From positions 930,001 to 994,000 of the forward strand of contig VJWM01000025.1 of assembly GCA_010909165.1 (NCBI GenBank): 64,000 nucleotides of DNA, read 5' to 3'. Positions 46,641 through 56,347 of this stretch are shown one piece after another. The notes under the pieces are model-generated. The model searched no databases and was not told the origin of the DNA. It was given only the letters and a program-made list of their open reading frames with translations. This stretch comes from Anthoceros angustus (Eukaryota; Plantae; Anthocerotophyta). The position numbers and the translations under genes were made by a program. The number at the start of each line of letters is the position of its first letter. The stretch's first letter is position 1.

Positions 46641-47558
46641 ATTGCTCGCAGGACCACTAGCAGACCTCTGGATGCAAGGGGCACGGTATGATAGTCCAGC
46701 TCGGAATCACAACGATGAGGATGGCCCAGGGCCTCGGGCAATGAGGAGAATACCAGCTTGTGAGGATGACCGCGACGCTGCTCTGCTTCGAAAGGATGAA
46801 TTGTTTGTTGCTGGATTGAAAACAAGTTCCCCAGTGCCTGCAACAAAACCTTTCTGCTACGACAGATTCAAAACATCAATGGCCTCTCACCCCTGAGCTC
46901 GGACGACAGGCCAGACTATCCTGCCCTCCTCATCGAACTCGTCGATCAACCTTTTCCCCCAAAATGGAGTTTGCAAAATGTTCAAATTTCATCAATGCTT
47001 TTCGGGGCACTGGCGGCCTTGTCATCAACGCCCTGCAGGAGAGCCGGAAAGGCTCGACCTGTGCACAGTGTGAATGACTGTCTGGATGTTTCTCGGCCAG
47101 TTATGGAGAAGAGTCTTTTAACGGGCGCAGAGAGGCACAAACTTTAGTACAGATTTTGATGGAAGCAATCGCTAAGGCTCTCGAACAGCAGATGGGCTGG
47201 ACATCTTGGCAAAGCGTGATAGGCAAGGTGATGCAAATGGAGGTGTGACTACCAAGCGAAGCAGTTCTATTGGTCCAATTCTCTGAAGTTATAATTCACT
47301 TGGCGCCGACGCTGCGGCCATTCTGGTCATGGAGGAGAGGCCGTTAGCAGAGATGTGTCTTGTGTGCGTGGCATAGAAGGCTTATCAGCAGCTTGCCTGT
47401 AAAGCTCAGCTTTAGCGCTCAGAAGGTGAGGCCTCTGTGCCTGTAGGCAGAGCTAAGGTGAACTGCGCCTTACTTTACACCCGGGGGCCAGGTGTAATTC
47501 CAAACCCCTGGGAAGAATTGCAAAAATTGTTGCCTTTTGAGACTCATCAGGAATGATT

Positions 47559-50094
47559 TCACAAAATGACTTTGGTTACAATACCCACGGCGATAGTTCT
47601 TCCGCCATCTCGAAGAACTACCCTGCCAAGAGCTTTGGACAAGGAGTATTGTTCTACGCACACTGCACGCTCCAGAACTACCTGCACGGGAACCGTAAGT
47701 GCGTGCCATCCCAGTTAACGGCTGAAACACAGGTTTAGTCTGCAAGCCAAAGTTACCTTGAGGATGGCACTCTGATTCGCTATTAGACAGCGCGGGTGCT
47801 GTCTGATGACAGCACCGGTTTTTGAGTCAAGAAGACACACTATTTCCTCCACCCGAGTGGGCTCCGATGCGTGATGAACATGCAAGACAACCTGGGCAGG
47901 CAAGCAGAGAGCGCATCACATGGCAGAGTGCCAATCAACACCACGAATTAAGGCAGGTATAGGCTGGGACCTTACCTGAGCACCTTTCAGAATTGGTATC
48001 TGAACCCCCAAGGTGAGCACTTTCACTTCCAAGCAAGAAGCAACAGGTACAGGGAAATCAGGATGACAAAGGACGCCTCCTTGGATCAGAGAAGTAGGGT
48101 CAATTCCCACAAGGCCCACATCCACAGTGTCACCAGCAGTTGCCACATTCAACGTTCGACCATCTTGCTCTATTTGCTTTATGGTAGCAACCCCTCCTGC
48201 AGGCATTACCAGGGCCTACAAGGTGCATAACCCATTGATCAGAACAGGCACCGGAGACTGGTTCCAGTTTAGAAAATCATGCGACAAACACTGCATTGAG
48301 TAGAAAAAGTTCATATCTGTAGGTCAGTCCTGTGCACCTTAAACCCTGGCTTGATAGCTCCACTTTCCAGCTTGCCACTGAATGCTGCTTGACCGAGAGT
48401 ACGTGATTTCATAACCTCTGCAACCACGAGCCTAAGAGGTTGTGAATTGAGCCTAACAGGTGGCTCCAGCAAATCGACCGCCTCCAATAAGGTAGAGCCA
48501 GAGAACCTACACCCAAAAAACGAGGCACCACCTTATGGTCTCATCCGGCATCCAAGCACTGATGACGGTTCAAAAATTGCCCACACTCGTAGGTTAACCC
48601 CGATGTAAACTTGAAACTAGCATGCTCAGCCCAGACACAAAATACCGGACACATGCAAAACTTCACACAAGCCTATCACCAGCAACAAGTCTACCAGCAC
48701 TGGACAGACCATGATGTCAGAGATGTCTGAGAAGGGCTTGACGTCAAATTCTGGTCTTCACTTGCACTCACAGGAATCCACTGCACTGCAGAAGGTTTAA
48801 ACCCACAACGTCGAAGAAAGGGCTGAAGCACCTGCTGGATGTGGTCAAACCTCGCTTGAGAGTAACCTACGACATCCAACTTGTTGACTGCCACGATTAA
48901 CTGCTCTACTCCTAAGCTGCGCACCAACTGCGCATGCTCCCTTGTCTGCCCACTGCTCTGGCCTTCCCCTTCCATCCCAGCTTCGAATGCTCCGAGGGAC
49001 GAGTCAACAACGAGGATGGCAGCATCGGCTGCCGCCGCACCGGAAATCATGCTGGGTATAAAGTCTCTGTGCCCTGGTGCATCCAGCAATACCACGTGCA
49101 GCTTTGGTGTATCAAAGTGCGACATCCCAACCGTCATGGTGATACCCCTGGCCCTCTCCTCCGAGCCTTCATCTAGAATCCATGCATAAGCAAACGAGCC
49201 CTTCCCCTGCCATATGATACGAGTCATCTCTTTGCCAAAAAACCGCACCTCGTACGACCTCGCTGGTTCAGCCTCACGATGGCCACACGACAAAGACCAT
49301 CCAGAATGACAGAAGCAGGAGCTACCTGTTGCTTGGAATCTCGCTCATTCTTGTGCATATCCTTCGCAGAAATTCTGCCTAGGGACCACAAAATCCTCCC
49401 CATCAACGACGACTTCCCTGCATCAACGTGCCCTACCTGCACCAGTACAAACAAACGGTAAGCCACACTTCCTCGGAACCGCTAGCCGCAAACCTGGCCA
49501 CGACACTCCCAGCTAGCTCAAAGATAGGGATGCCGCCACCACCAAAACTCACACCACATGCTCACTCACAACTATCAGATGCAGTTGCCTCTTGGCCTGC
49601 TCCACGGCACCAAGCATCCACGGCTCCGGTGCGTAGTCCGCAGTCGAGCGGGAAGAGGGAGCTCTGGAGACTCCGGCCTGCTGGCTGGTGCTGGCTTCCG
49701 CTGTGCTCATATCGTTCAGATCCACTCGACGGATATCATCACAAACATTTTCCTTTTCCTTCTGCTCTTTCTCTTGCTCCCGCTCTTGCTCTTGCTCTTG
49801 CTCTTGCTCCTCCTCCAGTTCCTTCACCTGCTCCTTCGCCTTCCCCTGCCGTTCCTCCTTCTCCTGCACCATCTGCAATCCCTTGGGCCGTCCAAGAGGT
49901 GCCCGAGGCAGATTGCCGTTTTGCTTCTGCGAGTGAGCCACGAGCTTGGAAATTCCAAGGGACGCCCGAGAAGAATTCTTGTCATGTTTCTTGACATTCG
50001 CCTCGTCTTCTGCTTCATCGTAGTCACCAGAAGAACCGTCGCTGCCATATCCATCGTCGTAGTCATCAAATCGATGACGCAGTTTCTGCGGCAT
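47559..50094 (-). CDS. HBS1: HBS1-like translational GTPase (eEF1A/eRF3 family), multi-exon
   Basis: MPQKLRHRFDDYDD; GHVDAGKS; GKGSFAYAWILDEGSEERARGIT; LLDAPGHRDF; AVNKLD; C-terminus ALGRVVLRDGGRTIAVGIVTKVIL*. Confidence 0.93.
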
Positions 50095-50920
50095 GGCGTC
50101 CCACTACGGAGGCGGCCGGTGCATAATCGGATTATTTTTCGCCCAGTGGCCGATGAGACTACTAGGTACCTACACCACCTACGGTATATGCCTTGGTTGG
50201 TTGTAAAACGTGTACGTATCGGGAGCCTTGTCTAGCGCAACTTGGTGCAGCCCAAAAAGAAAAAAGCCACCATTTGCCAGTAGAGCACACCATCTCTACA
50301 AGCTTGTGGTTGTTCCCCATCGCCTCGCGTGAGGAGGGAAATTCCATCTCTGCAAATTTATGAAGTCTTTTTTTTCTCCGAGCGAATGGTTCGAATCTCG
50401 ACACTCTCGTGCCGAGCCCTTTATTTTCATTTTTGAGACAATTTTCCATGGGGCGTAGGATTGATCTCCAACATTTGCCCAGTCACGATCCCACAACGTT
50501 CAACGCAAAGTGTACAGGATCAGATTAAACTAAAGTAGAGGCATTTACATGGGGAGTGAGCTCCACAACCTAATCAGGAAACTAGCGAAAGGGATTTAAA
50601 GTAAAAAAAAAAAATTAAAATTAAAATTAAAATCTAAGTATAGAAGAACAAGAAGAATCTATTGTAGTCCACTAAATTTGGCAATGTCATTACCTAGGAA
50701 TATATAATTTTAATATTTATATAAAAATATATTTCAAAGTTATATATATATTAATCATTCATTCCCGCAACCGCAGTTCGCTCCACTACAGTGAATTTGT
50801 ACATCCAGAGGCATGCCCACATAGATTCTTCCTTAGTAACATTAAGTTTGTCTTTTCCATTGAATAAAAACAGCTAAAATAACTCATATACCACAAAATA
50901 ATTTATGGAACATTATAAAT

Positions 50921-52609
50921 TTAGAACAACAATATCGTACTCAAGGCTATTGCGATGATGATGGAAGTAAAGAAAGGCTTCGAAAGGGAATAAGCTTTTG
51001 CAAAATAATACGGGGGATTATCATCTGAAGGCTTATGTGTGACACAAGGGGGAGGAGCTTTTGAAGGCTCTTGCGGCACAGAAGGGGAAGGAGCTTGTGA
51101 AGGCATATCCAGGGAAGGAGCTTGTGAAGGCATATCCGGGGAAGGAGCCATATCCGGGGAAGGAGCTTGTGAAGGCTTATTCGGTACAGAAGAGGAAGAA
51201 GCTTTTGGAGGCCTATCATCATACGGATCCGGCGGAGGAGGGCCATCATCATAAGGATTCCGCACATTTGTAGGAGCCGTGTCACCTTCGTCGTTAGGTG
51301 TATTTGTTGCAGCCGGGCCACCTCCATCATCTGGCGCATTTGTTGGAGCCGAGCCACCTCCGTCACCTGGCGCATCTGCAGGAGTCGTTTCACCTCCAGG
51401 ATACTTATCGGGACTAGAAGCTGGAGATGTACCCGCAATATCGTCTATTTGTTCTATGAAACTGATTATAAGATTAATCAATTCTTCAATAGTTGACAAT
51501 TGTGATGATTCGGGTGTCATAGGACAAGCACACGTCGACATTGCATCTAATATCCATTTGTTTGCATGCTGACTTGGATGGAATGCATCAAACCAGACAT
51601 AATCACTTGTATTTTTGCAAATATTTGAAGTAGCATTGCATCTGTGTTCACCATTATATAATCCCGCTCCACAACAAGCTTCATTCGTCGTAAATCCATA
51701 TTTGATAGGATTATGAGATATACGATTTGTTACATTAAACATTGGTGCAACGTGAATCTTCGACTCTGGAAACTCAATTTGAAATTGGCCAAGCTCAATT
51801 CGGAGTTCCTCATTAAAGTCGTGAACCCATTTGTTCAAAAAATATACACAAGTTGAGTTATTTTTTGGTTTGAATTTTGCCCGCATATAAGGTGTACAAC
51901 CAAGTGCTGGAATGTCTGTTACGGAAAAAAATCGAGCGCCCAAACCATATAGATTATGAAGGAAGCGGGTATAATTCTCGAGAAGGTTGTGCTTAAAATC
52001 ATTATTTAGCTTACGTCCAGCCATAACATGTTCTGCTATATCATTTGTTCCCACGGAAATATGAAATAAGGATTTTTTAACATGAACAATAGATTTCTCA
52101 TGTCCAATTGACGTTCTTAATGCAGTCAACAGATCCTCACTGAACAATAAAAATTGTTCCGATAACGGAATCACGTTGCCATATTGTTGACCAGTATTAT
52201 CAAGTAGTCCAGAACTTGCTGATCCAAAATTGACTCCCGGACCTGTAATATATGCTTTGTCGCTCGCATGAAGATAAGGAGGCGGATAATGACGGAGGTT
52301 TCCTTTAGCAGCTAACATGTCGACAAGAAGTTTCCCGTTAGAATGCCTTCCAGTAGCTCTTCGACCAATAAAATCCATGCCGTAAGGTGCGAAATCTGCT
52401 CTGGCAATATCGATTGTTTGCCTATAATTATTATTACCAATATCAACCATTGAATCTCCAAATATTATCATCCTTATCGACACATTCTTATTAGTTCCGG
52501 CTATAGAGCCAAACATTCGAAAGAATGTCAATACTATAATGAGGTAATTTATTCTTGCACCCATTCTTGATAGCTCGAAAATAAAGGTTTGCCGAAGTAA
52601 GGTGATCAA
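50921..52609 (-). CDS. Intronless GDSL/SGNH esterase-lipase with Pro/Ser/Asp-rich AGP-like tail and putative GPI signal
   Basis: IFGDSMVDIGNNN, ATGRHSNG, GVNFGSASSG, VGTND, WFDAFHPS; tail with PSQAPSPDM repeats; hydrophobic end FFTSIIIAIALSTILLF. Likely start M16 (52564) gives a signal peptide. Confidence 0.93.
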   Translation of the reverse strand: MITLLRQTFIFELSRMGARINYLIIVLTFFRMFGSIAGTNKNVSIRMIIFGDSMVDIGNNNYRQTIDIARADFAPYGMDFIGRRATGRHSNGKLLVDMLAAKGNLRHYPPPYLHASDKAYITGPGVNFGSASSGLLDNTGQQYGNVIPLSEQFLLFSEDLLTALRTSIGHEKSIVHVKKSLFHISVGTNDIAEHVMAGRKLNNDFKHNLLENYTRFLHNLYGLGARFFSVTDIPALGCTPYMRAKFKPKNNSTCVYFLNKWVHDFNEELRIELGQFQIEFPESKIHVAPMFNVTNRISHNPIKYGFTTNEACCGAGLYNGEHRCNATSNICKNTSDYVWFDAFHPSQHANKWILDAMSTCACPMTPESSQLSTIEELINLIISFIEQIDDIAGTSPASSPDKYPGGETTPADAPGDGGGSAPTNAPDDGGGPAATNTPNDEGDTAPTNVRNPYDDGPPPPDPYDDRPPKASSSSVPNKPSQAPSPDMAPSPDMPSQAPSLDMPSQAPSPSVPQEPSKAPPPCVTHKPSDDNPPYYFAKAYSLSKPFFTSIIIAIALSTILLF

Positions 52610-52714
52610 GCCTTGCTGGTAAATAATGATCCACCCTAATTGACAAACGACAAGTTTATAGGGAATGAAGAATAAAAGATAAACCCCTCTACTTTATATA
52701 GGTATAATATTTCT

Positions 52715-52821
52715 AATTTAATAGCCATTCTTGAATAAGTGAATATCAAGAATTTAAGACTCATTCTTGAATAAGTAGATATCAATAATTTAATAGTCAT
52801 TCTTGAATAAGCAGATATCAA
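52715..52821. repeat. 36-bp tandem repeat, 3 copies, just upstream of the GDSL TATA box
   Basis: AATTTAATAG(C/T)CATTCTTGAATAAGTAGATATCAA-like units at 52715, 52751 and 52787. TATATAAAG is on the minus strand at ~52692-52700. Confidence 0.88.
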
Positions 52822-53090
52822 TTTGACTTCTACTCAAGGAAAACAAGGTAAGAAACAACTCTTTTTGATGCTGGCTGGATGTGCGTATTTGTACGCTGGA
52901 TGTGCGCGTAGAGGTACAGACGTATGACGTAATGTATGTCCGTATGTACACTGTACTTGACGCATTCATCATCACCCGGTGCTCGTTGCATGCAACTGAT
53001 TCCGATCACGGCCGCGGACAGTCCTAGCGCGCCGTGCGGCTGCCAAAAGACGTGCACGGAGATCGATAGCTCCTCATCTGCATTAGCAAC

Positions 53091-54859
53091 ATGGCCGCCT
53101 ACCGAGCTTGGGTGCTGCGCAATCGCGATCGGCTCAGCAACGTGGAAAGCATCGCAAATGTGAGTCGCCTGCCGATCCGCTCTGGTCATTGCACTCTCAG
53201 ATGCTTGGAAGTTGGAATTCATGGCCGGAATTTCTGCATTTGCCGGTATCTCTTGGCCACACACCTGACATTTAGGAGCTGCGCATTGCAGACAATGACG
53301 TGGCTGCTGCCGGAGTCGATCTCCAGCTCTCCGATCGCACTTGACGCTGGTACAATTACATGCATGTTTGGTTGGCAATGTGTTTGGAACAATCTGAGAC
53401 CTCAGGCTGATGAGGTGTGAGGCGCTTGATTTGTGCAGTCAGCACTTCTTTTGGCGTCGTGGCTTTGTTGAATCAGCAGCTGTTGAAAGGAGCATCGAGA
53501 TCTATAGTCTTGGAAGGATCCGGAGCGACGGCACATGGTGTTCAGTCCGGGGCCTCCGGTCCAGGCCCTGCGGCGCCTGCGATACCATGGCCATTTTTCA
53601 TTTCTGTGATAAGGAAAACGGCGTCCTTGGTAGAGAAGGCTGCAGAGCATTACAGAGGAAAAGATTGCAAGTGGAACGCAATGGCCACGATCGAGGGAGT
53701 GAAGTGAGGCCCGGCCCTGTCCTGCCCTGCCCTGCCCTGCCCCGCATGGATGATATACTGTTCTTTCACCTTGAAGTTGTTTTCGCTCCGCTGGATGGTT
53801 AAAGTATGTATGTCTACAAGAGAAGTGTATCCAGGATCACGTGGCTCATGTGCTGGATCTGTTGGACTGAAATGGTCAGGTTCCTGATACGCCTAGCCAT
53901 ACTGCATGAGAGCGGGTACCAGATGCTTCTTGAAGGCGGAGAAACGGAGAACAGACACAAAATCGACCAGCTGAAAGGGCCGACAATGCAGCCCCTCTCC
54001 GACTGGGCCAGAAGTAGCATTCGCACCGAGCAAGTGTCAGATTTCAGTGCTCGTGTTCAGTACCCGGAGCATGGTCAGTTGACGACGCATACAGGTCGTT
54101 CTTCAAGTTGCTGGCGTTGCTGGACTTGGAGGCAAGCACAGGTGGTTGTGGAGGTGATGCTTATCACAAGGCCCCTCCTGTACGTGCTCCTTATCAAACG
54201 ATACGGGCTCAAGTCCTGGAGACCTTGGCTCTCCTCTCTTGCCATGGACGTGATGGGGTTGGGCGTGCACGTAGGTGCGGCATTTGCGCATGATCCTCAT
54301 CTCACCTTCCCGGGGCATGTTCGTTTCACTCAGGCTGAATGTGAGGAGGTGAGTGACAAGCTGACAGCCAGAAAATTTCATCTGAATTATCACAGACTGT
54401 TGGCCTCTGTCCAGATTGCTAGATCATTGATGAGCACCTTTGTGACTGCAGCTGAGGTGGAGACGTTTTCTATGGGGTTTGTACGTCATGAGAGACCCGT
54501 TCTTCAGTACGTGGACAAGGTATAACGAGCCGTCTTCCATATGACTTTGCATGCCCAGTCGACAGACGACCAAGTCTCCACTCGGAGAAACGATCGACGC
54601 TTCATAGCGTGTTGGACGCATCCTGCTGAGGAGCTGCATGACGAATAACCAGTCTTCCTGGCTGTGCAGGAGGTATCTGCACACGGTGGAGCACATGATG
54701 AAGCGAGCTCCCGTGATCGGTCGACTAACAGGCAAGTAACTCTATCTCGCCTTTTGCGTTCTGGGGATTTACTCTTACCGTTATCGTTGGGGAACAGGCA
54801 AGGCTGCAGCTGTCATTGAAGAGGTGCAAGAATGGTACACTTACATAGCAGCATCCTGA
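53091..54859 (+). CDS. PEX16: Peroxisome biogenesis protein PEX16/SSE1, multi-exon
   Basis: MAAYRAWVLRNRDRLSNVESIAN|TMTWLLPE; LITRPLLYVLLIKRYGLKSWRPWLSSLAMD; LRWRRFLWGLYVMRDPFF; end EWYTYIAAS*. Confidence 0.92.
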
Positions 54860-55292
54860 TGGAGCAACAATTCGGGGCGAAGTATTTGCAACGTTCTCAC
54901 TCTCGTTCCTGCTTTGTCAATTCTAGACAATTTCAGTTGCCCCATACCTACCAAGTCTTCTGTTTACCTGAGTGACAAGATCTCAAGGAGAGTGTCTTAA
55001 GTGCATCTGTGTTTCACGGCAATTAGTACAACTCCCTGAGGAGATAGGCAATACAGTTTATATCAAGTTCTCAACCCACTGATGACCCAGCAGTAGCAAC
55101 AACTCAACCCTAATTTTGCCTGCTCATACTGCCTCAGCTTCTCCAACCCCACATCAAGCTCCTCATCTTAGTCCTCATAAACAAACATGAAATGAAGCTT
55201 GGACCTCCTCCTGCGGAATCCGAGAGCTATCCTTCACCCCGCAGGAGGCGAAGGAGAGCCCGAGACACCAACCTTGATGTGCTGAACCTCAG

Positions 55293-55892
55293 TCAGTGCA
55301 TATGAAACATGGTCAATGGTCTTGTCTCCTCCTCTGTAGGCGACCCCTTCTCTTCCTGCAGAGCATAACCTAAACCCTGCTCTGCCAGAGCCTCCCTTTC
55401 CCCCTCTTCACTCTCCCCACCCTTTCCCCACCCGATTTCTTTCAAGCAGCTGCATGCGCCTGTGCAGCAAACGGCCCTTCCCTCTTCCACCTCCCCATCC
55501 CCGTCGTCTTCACTGAACAACGCACCCGCATACTCCTCGTCGTCATACTCCTCGTCATCTTCACCAAACAAATAGTCCTCGTCCCCTTCTTCCTCCATCA
55601 ACTCCTCTTCCTCCGCCTCTTGCGCCTCCTGCAGCTGCGCAATTTGTTGCTCGAGGAGGTTGAACTGCTGCTGAACACACTTGAACTGGCTCTGTATGCA
55701 GTTTAATTGCTGCTGCAAAGTCTCCACTCCAGACTGCACGCCCAACAACGCAGCCTTCACGCGGGCGGAGTGCGTCGACATCCGCTTGCTTAACCTCATC
55801 GGCTTCGGGCTCTCTTCCCGCGGCCTTCTCCTCCCTGGTATGCTTTGCGGTCTCGGTTCTGCATTGTCATTCGAAACAGCCCCGCTTGCCAT
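55293..55892 (-). CDS. Hypothetical protein: basic patch, Q-rich coiled coil, acidic tract
   Basis: 199 aa ORF from ATG 55892 with protein-like composition: RRRPREESPKPMRLSKR, VETLQQQLNCIQSQFKCVQQQFNLLEQQIAQLQ, then an E/D tract. No family recognised. Confidence 0.5.
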   Translation of the reverse strand: MASGAVSNDNAEPRPQSIPGRRRPREESPKPMRLSKRMSTHSARVKAALLGVQSGVETLQQQLNCIQSQFKCVQQQFNLLEQQIAQLQEAQEAEEEELMEEEGDEDYLFGEDDEEYDDEEYAGALFSEDDGDGEVEEGRAVCCTGACSCLKEIGWGKGGESEEGEREALAEQGLGYALQEEKGSPTEEETRPLTMFHMH

Positions 55893-56347
55893 CTTTGGGT
55901 GATGGCACAGCTGCAGAGAGAACAACAGAAGCTCTCCAACACTTGCAACTGAGCGCCTCCTGCACAACCCTCGCCTTAGTGAGCCTCCTCCACCTGCCCC
56001 CAGTCCTCACTAAGCCTCCTCGCTAAAGCCTCACCTCTCAGCCTCCTTACTAATAAGCCTCCTAAAAGGATAGGATACAAAGCCCGCAGTGCCTCGACAC
56101 CGGCCCTGATAATAATATAACGTCTACAACTGGCCACCCAGACGTTTGTCCCTTGGTGTACCTATAGCTACACCCATAGCCAATTTGCATGACACAAAAC
56201 AAATTAGACAAATAGGATATTAGGCAGATAGACACCTACATAAATCCAGGTGCAATCGTCTCGACACGCGAGCAGACAGTGAAGACTTGGACTCTGTCAG
56301 GTTGCTGAATTTTTGCTGATTTTCCCGTTCATGAGCGATTGGCAGCG

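Noticed and set aside
49558-50235. 225 aa Leu-rich plus-strand ORF
   Set aside because: Antisense mirror of the E/Q/K-rich HBS1 exon.
50921-52609. Bacterial or fungal horizontal transfer as origin of the AT-rich GDSL gene
   Set aside because: The motifs (FGDSxVDxGNNN, PYGMDF, ATGRxSNG, ACCGAG.YNG) are plant-type, so retroposition is the simpler explanation.
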